In this document: one piece after another, positions 27,757 to 37,307 of the stretch | Layout: each line of letters opens with the position of its first letter | How positions within the stretch are numbered: the stretch's first letter is position 1 | DNA from: Candidatus Dojkabacteria bacterium | GTDB lineage: Bacteria; Patescibacteriota; Dojkabacteria; B142; OLB20 | Length of the DNA stretch: 64,000 bases | Direction of reading: 5' to 3' | NCBI GenBank assembly: GCA_030583785.1 | Contig: CP129475.1 | Span: 351,559-415,558, forward strand | Notes under the pieces: generated by a model | The model's input: only the letters and a program-made list of their open reading frames with translations | Databases searched by the model: none | What the model was told of the DNA's origin: nothing | Made by a program: the position numbers and the translations under genes

Positions 27757-29742
27757 TTGTTCCAATATTTTCAGCCTTGTTTATTTAGTTCATTGCTGTT
27801 AAATAGCCCAATAACAAACATTCCCTATATCGGAGAGAGGAACGCAATTAAACTCTCAAAATTGGGAATATTTACAGTAAAAGATCTTCTGAACTATCCA
27901 CCAACAAGATACTTCGACTCAACCGAAGTGATTCCTTTAAGAAATACAGGATTGTTTCAATCCTACCTAACAACAGTTGGCGTGGTTCATAAACTGCGTT
28001 CAATAAAACTAAAAGGGAAAAGAACGATTCAAAAAGGTTATTTAATCGACGATTACGGTGATAAAGCTGATATCACCTGGTTTAACCAACCCTACTTAAC
28101 TAAAATATTTGATGAGAATCTAAAGGTCTATATTTCTGGAAAAATATCTACGAGCTCAACAGGGAAAATCATATTTCTAAACCCACAATTTGAGCCGGTT
28201 AAACCCGAGCAAGTGAGTCTTGGCAGAATATCTCCGATCTATCCACTAACCGATGGAATTAACCAGAACTGGCTAAGAAAAAGGATTAAATACATAATTG
28301 ATAATATCAACCAAATAGAAGATTTATTCGATGATTTAAGCACTAGAATTCGTAACAAATACGAATTATTAGATTTAAAGGATGCATACAAAAGCATTCA
28401 TTTCCCAACTAGTTTTGCTGAAGCAAAGAAAGGTAGAGATCGATTAGGCTTTGATGAATTATTTGCAATATACAGCAGGATCATAAGGGCTAAGAATAAG
28501 CGTAAGAAAAACCTAGGCTTCTCAAAAACAATTGATGCCTTTGCGGTGAGGAAATTGATTGAAAGTTTACCAATCAATCTTACAACAAGCCAAATCAAAA
28601 GTTACAAAGAAGTTTTACGGGATTTAAGCTCTGAGCAACAGATGCGCAGGCTAATCCAAGGAGATGTTGGCAGCGGAAAAACAATAATTGCAGTTATATC
28701 TGCCTACGCAACTCTGACGGCTGGGCAATCTGTTATAGTACTTGCACCTACAACAATTCTAGCAACCCAGCTTTACGACAATTTTCGTAAATATTTACCA
28801 ACAAATATTAAATTTGACCTCATTACTTCGGATACTGTCAAAAAGGATAAAGAATCGAAAGCAGACCTAATTATCGGAACACACGCACTTTTCTCTATTA
28901 AACGAAAGAGTAAAAGTAAACTAGGGTTGGTAATAATCGACGAACAGCATAAGTTTGGGGTTGAACAACGCACAAAACTGTTAAAACTCTGGAAAGATGA
29001 CAGCAAAATCGACATTCTTCAAATGACGGCCACTCCAATACCTAGAACAATTGCCCAGGTTCTCTTTGCAGATATTGATATCAGTAGATTAGAGAAAAGA
29101 ACAACTGTTAATAACATTGAGACTTTTGTTGTGCCAGAGTACAAGAGAGAGAGCTTCCTCGATTGGTTGCGAATCAAACTGCTAGAAGGGAACAAGGCTT
29201 TCTGGGTATTTCCCAGGGTAGAATCCGAGGATGATACAGGTCTTAAACATGCTTATAATAAACTACAAGAATCCTTAAAGGAATTTAGTCCAAGCCTTCT
29301 TTATGGAAAGATAAAAGAACAGGAAAAGAATAAAATCATCAATGAATTTCGCTTGAATAAGAGTAAAATATTGTTTAGTACAACTGTAATTGAAGTTGGG
29401 ATAGATATTCCTGATGCATCAATAATAATTATTGAAGAAGCAAACATGTTCGGACTAGCTCAGTTGCATCAGTTAAGAGGTAGGGTCGGAAGGGCTGGAC
29501 AAGCCTCGTGGTGTCTGCTATTTACAACAAAGAACGACGACGAAAGACTGAAAAGGTTCAGTATCTTAAATGATGGTAACGATATAGCCGACTATGATCT
29601 AGAATATAGAGGACCGGGAGAAGTCTATGGAACAATGCAATCGGGTCTTCCGAATCTGAAGTTTGCAAAATTTAGTAACAACAAACTTATGCAGCAAGTT
29701 AAAGAGGCGGTAGAGATTAATAATTCAGAGCTAGATCAATGA
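27757..29742 (+). CDS. recG: ATP-dependent DNA helicase RecG
   Basis: 661 aa. It has an N-terminal wedge/OB region, helicase motif I (GDVGSGKT), motif II (DEQHKFG) and motif VI (QLHQLRGRVGR). The exact start is uncertain. Confidence 0.85.
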   Translation: MFQYFQPCLFSSLLLNSPITNIPYIGERNAIKLSKLGIFTVKDLLNYPPTRYFDSTEVIPLRNTGLFQSYLTTVGVVHKLRSIKLKGKRTIQKGYLIDDYGDKADITWFNQPYLTKIFDENLKVYISGKISTSSTGKIIFLNPQFEPVKPEQVSLGRISPIYPLTDGINQNWLRKRIKYIIDNINQIEDLFDDLSTRIRNKYELLDLKDAYKSIHFPTSFAEAKKGRDRLGFDELFAIYSRIIRAKNKRKKNLGFSKTIDAFAVRKLIESLPINLTTSQIKSYKEVLRDLSSEQQMRRLIQGDVGSGKTIIAVISAYATLTAGQSVIVLAPTTILATQLYDNFRKYLPTNIKFDLITSDTVKKDKESKADLIIGTHALFSIKRKSKSKLGLVIIDEQHKFGVEQRTKLLKLWKDDSKIDILQMTATPIPRTIAQVLFADIDISRLEKRTTVNNIETFVVPEYKRESFLDWLRIKLLEGNKAFWVFPRVESEDDTGLKHAYNKLQESLKEFSPSLLYGKIKEQEKNKIINEFRLNKSKILFSTTVIEVGIDIPDASIIIIEEANMFGLAQLHQLRGRVGRAGQASWCLLFTTKNDDERLKRFSILNDGNDIADYDLEYRGPGEVYGTMQSGLPNLKFAKFSNNKLMQQVKEAVEINNSELDQ

Positions 29743-30539
29743 CAATATTACAATCAATAGTACTTGGAATAGTCCAAGGCATAACTGAGTTTTTACCAAT
29801 ATCAAGTTCAGCGCACTTAGTTATAGTGCCAAGCATCTTTGGCTGGGAACAACAATCAATTCTTTTCGACATAATAATTCATTTAGCAACACTAACCGCC
29901 ATAATATATTTCTACCGCAAAAAATTATTAAACCTGGGCACCACTATACTTTCCATAGAGCCGAACTCTAGCACAAAAGCACGAAGAATCCTACTAAACA
30001 TTTCACTTACTACAATCCCTTTAGTCCTTTCCGCAGTCGTTTTCAAGAGTGCTATCGATAACTGGGCTGAGAGCATCTACTTGATTTCTTTTGCACTCAT
30101 TGTAATTGGTATGTTCCTAGTTAACGATAAACTCTTTTTTAAAGATACGCTAGAAATCAGCCAGCTTACCAAGAAGAGTGCTTTTCTTATTGGTTTGGCC
30201 CAGGCTTTTGCTCTTCTTAGAGGTGTATCAAGATCAGGGGCTACAATACTTGCTGGAGGACTTATGGGACTTTCAAAAAAGGAAGCCATTGATTACGCCT
30301 TTTTAGCATCAATACCTGCAATTCTAGCTAGCTTCTTTTACCTTCTGATTCAACTCACAAACTCGAACACATTTATCGAGAATCCATTAAGTCTTATAGC
30401 CGGATTTATTTCTGCACTCATAAGTAGTTATCTGGCAATAAGCTTTCTATTAAAATTTATCCAAAGACACGACTTCAAGCTTTTCGGTTACTATAGAATC
30501 GTTTTGGGAATATTCTTAATTATATCGATATCATTATGA
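29739..30539 (+). CDS. uppP: Undecaprenyl-diphosphatase (BacA/UppP)
   Basis: 266 aa: MTILQSIVLGIVQGITEFLPISSSAHL...LLRGVSRSGATI. Confidence 0.85.
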   Translation: MTILQSIVLGIVQGITEFLPISSSAHLVIVPSIFGWEQQSILFDIIIHLATLTAIIYFYRKKLLNLGTTILSIEPNSSTKARRILLNISLTTIPLVLSAVVFKSAIDNWAESIYLISFALIVIGMFLVNDKLFFKDTLEISQLTKKSAFLIGLAQAFALLRGVSRSGATILAGGLMGLSKKEAIDYAFLASIPAILASFFYLLIQLTNSNTFIENPLSLIAGFISALISSYLAISFLLKFIQRHDFKLFGYYRIVLGIFLIISISL

Positions 30540-31006
30540 GCAAAAAGCATAATATTATTGCAATCTTGGAGGATATTCGTTCTGCACATAATGTTGGAGC
30601 AATGTTTAGAACATCAGAAGGAGCAGGAATCTCCGAACTTATCCTTACCGGAATCACACCATATCCACCACATAACCGAATTCCCAAAACAGCACTTGGT
30701 TCAATTGAAAATGTTAACTGGAAACATAATCCCGATAAACAATCCGTTTATGAAGATCTGAAGCTAAAAAATATTCCACTGGTTGTTATCGAGATCAACA
30801 ACAAATCTAAACCCTACACAGAGTATAGTTTCACTGAGCCTATCGCTGTTGTCTTCGGTAACGAGATACAAGGAGTCTCAGAATTAGCCACAAGTTATGC
30901 AGATGCAACTCTTCATGTACCAATGTTTGGAAAAAAAGAATCACTAAATGTGGCAACAGTTTTTGGTATAATCGTCTACGAGATCATAAGACAATATCAT
31001 GCTTAG
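30536..31006 (+). CDS. SpoU/TrmL-family RNA 2'-O-methyltransferase (minimal SPOUT fold)
   Basis: 156 aa: NVGAMFRTSEGAGI...VVFGNEIQGVS...ESLNVATVFGIIVYEI. Confidence 0.7.
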   Translation: MSKKHNIIAILEDIRSAHNVGAMFRTSEGAGISELILTGITPYPPHNRIPKTALGSIENVNWKHNPDKQSVYEDLKLKNIPLVVIEINNKSKPYTEYSFTEPIAVVFGNEIQGVSELATSYADATLHVPMFGKKESLNVATVFGIIVYEIIRQYHA

Positions 31007-31544
31007 AATCATTTCCGGAAAAGAAAAGGGTAGAAAACTTTTGTCACCAATTCGCTCTAGTAGACCTTTAACGGATAGAATAAAAACAGTTATCTTTGAT
31101 CTAATCAAAGATTATATTCCCAAAGCAGAAGTATTAGATATTTTTGCGGGCAGCGGTTCCTTTGGTTTTGAAAGTTTGAGTAGGGGAGCTGATTCCGCAA
31201 CATTTGTAGATGCATCGTCAGAGAGTATAACGATACTTCATAAAAACAAAAAGTTTTTCGCTGACTACAATGTCAATATACACAGGTCTTTGTCCGAATT
31301 ATTCCTTAAAAAATGTCCGAATAAATATGATCTGATTTTTCTTGATCCCCCTTTTCCAATGGAACAAAGCGAGGTATTAAATAATGTTAACTTAACAATA
31401 AGGCTTCTAAAAGAAGATGGTGTAATCATCATCCGCCTTCCTGTTGAAAAAAAGCTTCCACAGTCATTAACTCTGAATAGTCAGAAAGCGACAAAAGTAT
31501 ACGAAACCATCCTTGGTAAGAGTCGAGTTTGCTTTTTTAAGTAG
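30999..31544 (+). CDS. rsmD: 16S rRNA (guanine966-N2)-methyltransferase RsmD
   Basis: 181 aa: RPLTDRIKTVIFDLI, DIFAGSGSFGFESLSRGA, LIFLDPPF. Confidence 0.8.
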   Translation: MLRIISGKEKGRKLLSPIRSSRPLTDRIKTVIFDLIKDYIPKAEVLDIFAGSGSFGFESLSRGADSATFVDASSESITILHKNKKFFADYNVNIHRSLSELFLKKCPNKYDLIFLDPPFPMEQSEVLNNVNLTIRLLKEDGVIIIRLPVEKKLPQSLTLNSQKATKVYETILGKSRVCFFK

Positions 31545-31612
31545 TTGGCATCTTTGATACGAGCAACATTTGTGATAGAATCAATCCGTTAAATATTGTA
31601 TTATTTATTGAA

Positions 31613-31789
31613 ATGGGAGCACTTCCAAAAAGAAAAATTTCGAAGCAGCGTAAGAACCAGAGAAGATCTCACGATAAGCTTGATTCCCCAACACTAGGGC
31701 AATGTCCAGAGTGTAAAGCCAAAACAAGAGCTCATCATGTTTGCATGAGCTGTGGAATGTATAAAGGGGTTCAGGTTGTAAAGGTTTAA
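31613..31789 (+). CDS. rpmF: 50S ribosomal protein L32
   Basis: 58 aa and absent from the ORF track (below its size cut-off): MGALPKRKISKQRKNQRRSHDKLDSPTLGQCPECKAKTRAHHVCMSCGMYKGVQVVKV. It has the L32 N-terminus and a C4 zinc ribbon. Confidence 0.85.
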   Translation: MGALPKRKISKQRKNQRRSHDKLDSPTLGQCPECKAKTRAHHVCMSCGMYKGVQVVKV

Positions 31790-31792
31790 TTC

Positions 31793-32242
31793 ATGGCTTC
31801 ATCTGACCCGCGCCATAATGCTCGTGTCGTAGCTTTACAAAAACTCTTCAATGAGTCTTTTTTCGATGTTAGCCTTGTTAACTCAAAGAGCACCTCTTTT
31901 GATGACTCAAGCCTAAACTCAATCAACGAGATACCAGACGAAGAAGTCGATTATAAACTTTTAGAAAGTATTTACTCTGGTGTTTCTAGAAACCTTACAG
32001 AAATTGACTCAATAATTTCAAAGCTTGCGCCACAATGGCCGATTGATCATATCGCCAAGACAGACTTACAAATTCTTCGAATTGCAATATACGAAGGATT
32101 TATTGCTAAACTAACTCCAGAGAAAGTTGCAGTAGACGAAGCAATAGAGCTGGCTAAAGAATTTTCCAATGAAAAAAGTCGTATGTTCATTAATGGTGCC
32201 CTCGGTAACTTAATTGTTAATAAAAGTGATTTTGGGTTCTGA
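31793..32242 (+). CDS. nusB: Transcription antitermination factor NusB
   Basis: 149 aa: ARVVALQKLFN...LQILRIAIYEG...DEAIELAKEFSNEKSRMFINGALGNL. Confidence 0.8.
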   Translation: MASSDPRHNARVVALQKLFNESFFDVSLVNSKSTSFDDSSLNSINEIPDEEVDYKLLESIYSGVSRNLTEIDSIISKLAPQWPIDHIAKTDLQILRIAIYEGFIAKLTPEKVAVDEAIELAKEFSNEKSRMFINGALGNLIVNKSDFGF

Positions 32243-32960
32243 TGACATTCTAGAAAAACTAAATACTTTACAAACGAAGATAAAGGTCAATTTTAGGAAT
32301 CCTGAACTTCTTAAACAAGCCCTAACCCACAGATCCTTCATAAACGAAGTCAGAGAAGCGAAGCCGCACCACAACGAGAAGTTGGAATTCCTCGGCGATG
32401 CGGTTTTAGAACTACTTGTTACGCAAAAGTTATATGATGAGTATCCAGAAAGATCTGAAGGAGAACTAACAAGTTTTCGCGCCGCCACAGTAAAAACCGA
32501 AAGCCTGGCAGAATCTGCAGCAGAAATTTCTTTAGGAGAATATATCCTCATGAGCAGAGGAGAAGAATCAACAGGAGGAAGAAGAAGACCGTACATTCTG
32601 GCCAACACATTTGAGGCACTGATCGGAGCCATATATCTTGATTTAGGATTATCCACAGCCAATAATTTCTTAGAAGAGTTTCTGTTCAAAAAAATACCTA
32701 CAATAGTAGAACAACGATTAGATATCGATAATAAATCTAGATTACAAGAAATATCACAAGACCAATTAAACATCACTCCTGTTTATGAATTTGTCTCAGC
32801 TGTGGGACCAGATCACAATAAGACATTTACCATGGCGGTATACATAAACGGAAAGAAATTTGGGGTAGGAAAGGGAAAGAGTAAACAAGAAGCAGAACAA
32901 CAGGCGGCGAATGATGCGGTAAATAACTGGGAATCCTTAATTAAAGACTATCAGAATTAA
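32214..32960 (+). CDS. rnc: Ribonuclease III
   Basis: RNase III signature (NEKLEFLGDAVLEL) and a C-terminal dsRBD (KQEAEQQAANDA). The track start is a TTG that overlaps nusB; other in-frame candidates are GTG 32226 and TTG 32232. Confidence 0.85.
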   Translation: MLIKVILGSDDILEKLNTLQTKIKVNFRNPELLKQALTHRSFINEVREAKPHHNEKLEFLGDAVLELLVTQKLYDEYPERSEGELTSFRAATVKTESLAESAAEISLGEYILMSRGEESTGGRRRPYILANTFEALIGAIYLDLGLSTANNFLEEFLFKKIPTIVEQRLDIDNKSRLQEISQDQLNITPVYEFVSAVGPDHNKTFTMAVYINGKKFGVGKGKSKQEAEQQAANDAVNNWESLIKDYQN

Positions 32961-32976
32961 CTTTTTTACTGAAATC

Positions 32977-32985
32977 TGCTACAAT
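32977..32985 (+). promoter_or_regulatory. Extended -10 promoter element upstream of rpsP
   Basis: TGcTACAAT lies about 33 nt upstream of the rpsP ATG. Confidence 0.3.
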
Positions 32986-33017
32986 CAGTCCGTTATTTCA
33001 ATTTGTATTATATTGGT

Positions 33018-33335
33018 ATGGTAAAACTAAGACTCACAAGAACTGGTAAAAAACACGCTCCTTCGTATAGAGTTGTTGCTATTCAAGCAAGAACAAAAAG
33101 AGAAGGTATGGCTCTAGAAGTCCTCGGACATTACAATCCTAGGTCTAATCCTTCTGTTATCGAGATCGATGCAGAAAGGGTAAAATTCTGGTTAAATCAA
33201 GGGGCACAGCCATCAGACACAGTAAAGAATCTGTTGGTAAAAAAGGGAATAATCGAAGCTTCAAAAGAAAAGAAGCAGTTCACAAAGCAACCTGGTACCA
33301 AAAACGCAGAGCGCAAAGCTAAAAAAAGTAAATAA
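33018..33335 (+). CDS. rpsP: 30S ribosomal protein S16
   Basis: MVKLRLTRTGKKHAPSYRVVA... The track begins at an upstream TTG (33003); the ATG is at 33018. Confidence 0.9.
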   Translation: MVKLRLTRTGKKHAPSYRVVAIQARTKREGMALEVLGHYNPRSNPSVIEIDAERVKFWLNQGAQPSDTVKNLLVKKGIIEASKEKKQFTKQPGTKNAERKAKKSK

Positions 33336-33352
33336 TATCTGTTAATCAATAC

Positions 33353-33586
33353 ATGAAAGAAGTTCTCCATTATATTCTTGCCAATATATTAGGTAATCCT
33401 GAAGCTCTCAGCATAGACCAGCAAGTTGAAGAAGATGGAACCATTGTCTTTGTTCTAAACATGGACGATGCAGATAAAGGGTTAGTTATCGGTAAAGGCG
33501 GAATGAATATTAAGTCGATTCGCAACATTATCTCAATAATTGCCAGAAGAGAGAATAAGAAAGTCTATATCAAGATTACTGATTAA
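33353..33586 (+). CDS. KH-domain RNA-binding protein (YlqC/UPF0109-like), conserved partner of rpsP
   Basis: 77 aa: LVIGKGGMNIKSIRNIISIIARR. Confidence 0.75.
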   Translation: MKEVLHYILANILGNPEALSIDQQVEEDGTIVFVLNMDDADKGLVIGKGGMNIKSIRNIISIIARRENKKVYIKITD

Positions 33587-34412
33587 TATCCGTAATTTCA
33601 TCACTACTTTCGACCTCCGAAACGCCTCCTAAAAATCTGTTTTGAAGAAAATCAACAACAACCTTACTTGGGATTACCTGCTCAGAAACGCTATTGTATG
33701 CTTGTATAGGGTCGAATGTATCACTGGTAAAAAACTGGTATTTGACTAAATTCATTTGGGCTGACCAAGACTCAAAACCTTCTTCTGTTTCCAACCTTCT
33801 GAGATTTAGTTCGTTAACAACAAAAAAATCTTCTCCTAGATAGAGGCTGGATAAGAACCTTCTAAATCCATCAATCTGACCACTTAAAGTAAACTCTGAA
33901 GGGATTCTTACTAAGAATAGCCCCGGAGCAATAGACTCTGTATTATCCGAATCTTGTTCGATTAAGACTTCTCCAAGAACTGCCGAGTCAAGTTTAACCG
34001 ACTGGTTTGCCGCCGTGTCTATGACTCTTTGTCTGAAGGTTACAACCTGAGACTGACTTGTTGGTACTATCTCGTTTATTTTAGCTAGAAGCACATCTCT
34101 TTGTGCCTGCTGTGCAGCCAAATTAGCCAATCTAGTTAACCTTTGCGACAACTTGGTATCTTTCTCTCGAAGAATATTGATTTCATCAATCTTGTAGAAT
34201 ACAGCCGAAATGTTTGGAAGAACCGTACCGACAACGATCAACAAAAATAAAAGAAAGCTTATTAAGGGTAGGGCATAGAATCTAACAGATTTCCATGTCT
34301 CCGCCCAATCAATTCGTGAGGCATCTTCATCGAAGCTAATCTCGACAAATTCGGTCTGCAGTTCACTATTGCTAGAATTTATTGAATTTTGTTCAGATTC
34401 ATTTGCTGTCAT
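33576..34412 (-). CDS. PilO-like type IV pilus assembly membrane protein
   Basis: 278 aa with a single TM helix (ALPLISFLLFLLIVVGTVL) followed by a coiled-coil. It sits immediately downstream of pilM-pilN. Confidence 0.5.
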   Translation of the reverse strand: MTANESEQNSINSSNSELQTEFVEISFDEDASRIDWAETWKSVRFYALPLISFLLFLLIVVGTVLPNISAVFYKIDEINILREKDTKLSQRLTRLANLAAQQAQRDVLLAKINEIVPTSQSQVVTFRQRVIDTAANQSVKLDSAVLGEVLIEQDSDNTESIAPGLFLVRIPSEFTLSGQIDGFRRFLSSLYLGEDFFVVNELNLRRLETEEGFESWSAQMNLVKYQFFTSDTFDPIQAYNSVSEQVIPSKVVVDFLQNRFLGGVSEVESSDEITDINQ

Positions 34413-34418
34413 GCGTGC

Positions 34419-35021
34419 TTATAAATCTTGACTAATATCTGTCTCTACGAAATTAAACCTGATCCTTCCAGAAATCTCTCTTGCTTGATCTAGAAGAGTT
34501 GGATTCTGATTAGCTACAACCATAGAAACACTTGAAACATAAACATCTTTTATGCTTTCGTTAGAAGTAAATCTTCGAGCGACCCTACTAAATGTAAACA
34601 GATCAGGGGTTCTGATCGTTACATTAAAAGTTCCATCTCTCTCTCTACCATAACCATCAATGACAATTCCTTGCTCAGGAAAAGGAAATATTTCCTCTTT
34701 TAACTGAAACAATCTGTCTGGGTTAATATCAAGTTGGACGACACTTTCAAGTGCCTGTGTTTTCTTTACTAGCTCACCGTTCTGACGAAGAATTGCAGAA
34801 TATTCAGATTCAATCCTTTTCTCCTTTTTATCGATTGCGTCTTGCCAGTTTGCTTTTACTCTGTCGACAACAAGTCCATTAAACAAAATCAATGCTAACC
34901 ACATGCACACTGCAAACAGAGGAAGGATTCCAGTATAAATGGCACTTTGATCTCTTTCTTCTTCTTTCTGAACTTCTTCTTTAGTTTTCTTTGGAAGAAG
35001 ATTGAATGTAAATGACTTCAT
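34419..35021 (-). CDS. pilN: PilN-like type IV pilus assembly protein
   Basis: 200 aa with an N-terminal TM (ILPLFAVCMWLALILFNGLVV) and a periplasmic domain. It follows pilM. Confidence 0.55.
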   Translation of the reverse strand: MKSFTFNLLPKKTKEEVQKEEERDQSAIYTGILPLFAVCMWLALILFNGLVVDRVKANWQDAIDKKEKRIESEYSAILRQNGELVKKTQALESVVQLDINPDRLFQLKEEIFPFPEQGIVIDGYGRERDGTFNVTIRTPDLFTFSRVARRFTSNESIKDVYVSSVSMVVANQNPTLLDQAREISGRIRFNFVETDISQDL

Positions 35022-35023
35022 AT

Positions 35024-36064
35024 TTATTGATTCTTAAGTGCTAGGCCGACACTAACAGAGAAGCCCACGGTTGATAATTGTGATACTTCATTAGCGATCC
35101 TGCCTGAGATCTTTAATCCAGCAATTGGATCTGTAACCTCTGCTGTAATTCCCAGATTTGTAGTCAAGAATTCTGATAGCCCTGGTAGTTTAGCGCCATC
35201 ACCTACAATATAAATTTGTCGAGGAGAGCTTTCTTGCAGATGTGCTCGAAAGTAGTTGAGAGTCTTATTAATCTCGTTGATAATAATCTGCATTACAGGG
35301 GTAAGGGACTGCAGAATTTTACCTTCGGCAACATTCGCTTGTATACCATAGGTTCTTTTATACTGCTCTGCCTGTGAATATTCTAGATTGAAATCAGAAG
35401 CGATAGCTTTTGTTAAGGCATCAGAACCTGTTCCCAAGCTTTGAGAGAAGATTGGATACTGACCTTTGATCACGCTTAAATCAGTACCTCCAGAACCAAA
35501 ATCTATAACAAGAATACTGTCTTGTCCAGGTCTATTAAAGGTTAAGGCCCTTGCTGTGGCCATTGTTTCTGTCTCAAGGGCGATCAGTTCCAAGCCTGCC
35601 AAAGAGAGAATATCCATGTACTTGGCTACAATATTTTTGGGGGCCGCCACCAGCAAAGCTTGAATTAAATCTCTACCTTCGACATTCTTTTTTGCTATGG
35701 GAATATAATCCAACTGCACTTCGTTTGGTGGAATAGGAAGGTACTGCTTGGCTTCATAAAAAAGTGATTGTTCAAGTTGATCTTCTGGTAAATCTGGGAG
35801 AAGAATCAGCCGAGTAAATATTGAAGCTTCTGGCATAGCAGCAACTACATATTTTGTCTCGATCTTGGCAGCTTCTCGGGCTTGTTTAATCTTTTCTACA
35901 AGTTGTTTTTTTGTATTATCATCTTGTACACCAGCCATTCCCAATGGGGTATCAATGCTTCCTATAGAGACTAGTTCGGCATCGCTAACGCCTTTAACTT
36001 TAGCTTGCGCAATCTTGATTGTATGATTTCCAATATCCAGTCCAAAAAATTCAGGCAGATTCAT
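35024..36064 (-). CDS. pilM: Type IV pilus assembly protein PilM (actin-like ATPase fold)
   Basis: MNLPEFFGLDIGNHTIKIAQA...ILVIDFGSGGTDLSV...QIYIVGDGAKLPGL. The ATG is at 36064; the track ORF extends to a TTG at 36118. Confidence 0.8.
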   Translation of the reverse strand: MNLPEFFGLDIGNHTIKIAQAKVKGVSDAELVSIGSIDTPLGMAGVQDDNTKKQLVEKIKQAREAAKIETKYVVAAMPEASIFTRLILLPDLPEDQLEQSLFYEAKQYLPIPPNEVQLDYIPIAKKNVEGRDLIQALLVAAPKNIVAKYMDILSLAGLELIALETETMATARALTFNRPGQDSILVIDFGSGGTDLSVIKGQYPIFSQSLGTGSDALTKAIASDFNLEYSQAEQYKRTYGIQANVAEGKILQSLTPVMQIIINEINKTLNYFRAHLQESSPRQIYIVGDGAKLPGLSEFLTTNLGITAEVTDPIAGLKISGRIANEVSQLSTVGFSVSVGLALKNQ

Positions 36065-36183
36065 GAGCAGTTTATTAACTTCATAACTAATAATAAGTAC
36101 AGTCAGAATATTTCGCAAGTTTATTCAAACTTATTATCATGGTATTAACTTGCAAGCTTGCTAACAATCGACAATAATGTGTT

Positions 36184-36768
36184 ATGCGAAATCAATCTGC
36201 TCCAATAATTGCATTTGTCCTAAGCCTAATACTTGCGATTTACGCAGTTACGAGCTACATAATTGCTCTCGAAAACCAGAACCTGGCCGACAGAATAGCA
36301 GGAGATAATAACAACTCTAGTGAAAAGCTGATTAATTCGAATGCGGAAGAATCTGTCTTTTATCATTCTCTCTCAGGTAAAGTCATCTCGATTTCCAGCA
36401 ACTCAGATTTGCTTTCCAAGAGTTCCGACCCGGATAAAATAGACCAAGCAGAAGCCATCTTCACTGATCTTACAATTGAATCAGAAGATGGTTTAGAGAC
36501 AATAAAAGTTGAAAAGAATAATCCAGATAGTTTAGGGAACCTGTACATAATCGATTGTGCTCAAGTCGAAAAAGAGAATTGTGAATTTTCAGAGCAAATT
36601 ATTAATGCCAGTGAACAAACTCTTGTCGAAATGCGTCTTGGTGTTTTCCCTGGTATCAGGTTAGCATCCGTAGACGAACTCAAAATCGGAGAACATCTAT
36701 TAGTTATTGTTTCAAGAAAAGAAACCCTAAATATGAACGATTACAAATTCATAATTAAAAGATCATGA
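36184..36768 (+). CDS. Hypothetical protein with an N-terminal TM helix, possibly pilus-associated
   Basis: 194 aa: MRNQSAPIIAFVLSLILAIYAVTSYIIALENQ. It lies divergent from pilM, inside the T4P locus. Confidence 0.5.
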   Translation: MRNQSAPIIAFVLSLILAIYAVTSYIIALENQNLADRIAGDNNNSSEKLINSNAEESVFYHSLSGKVISISSNSDLLSKSSDPDKIDQAEAIFTDLTIESEDGLETIKVEKNNPDSLGNLYIIDCAQVEKENCEFSEQIINASEQTLVEMRLGVFPGIRLASVDELKIGEHLLVIVSRKETLNMNDYKFIIKRS

Positions 36769-37307
36769 ACAAACTATTTCTGTTGATAACACTAATTCTA
36801 ACGGTTTTTTCCGTAGCAGTATTAGTCTATACGAGACAATTAGTTTTTAACACCGACTCAGAACCAAAATTTAATGCAGGTTTTTGCTTAAGTAGTATTC
36901 CAGAAAGCTGTATCGCGAAATATTCCAGCAAGGGAATTATTAGAAACGACAAGTTAGTTATTAATAATCAAGAACTCACAATCAGCTCAACAGAAAACCC
37001 TTTTCTTGGTAAGCTAGAAGAGAACTCATTCGTCAAAGTACTCATGAACACAACAACAGAAGATCAGGATGAGATTCTACAAGAAGTAGATATTCGCTCA
37101 TTAAATACAGTTGCGAATTTTGAAAAGTGCGTAGACATTACTGCTAGCTATTATAAAAAAGGATCTTTTTCTATCGCAATCGGTGACTCAATTGCAGAAC
37201 AGATTAATTCCTTAATCATTCTGACAGAGTGTGATCAATTAGAAACCGATCTGTCTTTAAATCTTGAAGAATTTGTATCTATTACTAAAGTTCTAAATGA
37301 AGATTAG
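36765..37307 (+). CDS. Hypothetical protein with an N-terminal TM helix, possibly pilus-associated
   Basis: 180 aa: MNKLFLLITLILTVFSVAVLVYTRQ. It overlaps its neighbours by 4 and 11 nt. Confidence 0.5.
   Translation: MNKLFLLITLILTVFSVAVLVYTRQLVFNTDSEPKFNAGFCLSSIPESCIAKYSSKGIIRNDKLVINNQELTISSTENPFLGKLEENSFVKVLMNTTTEDQDEILQEVDIRSLNTVANFEKCVDITASYYKKGSFSIAIGDSIAEQINSLIILTECDQLETDLSLNLEEFVSITKVLNED

Noticed and set aside
27675-27788. 37-codon ORF (MTITKLLKRFSKPLKWAIVIAAIAALLIVPIFSALFI) between tyrS and recG
   Set aside because: It overlaps the recG 5' region out of frame, there is no coupling signal, and hydrophobic ORFs arise easily in AT-rich spacers. I kept it out of the feature list.
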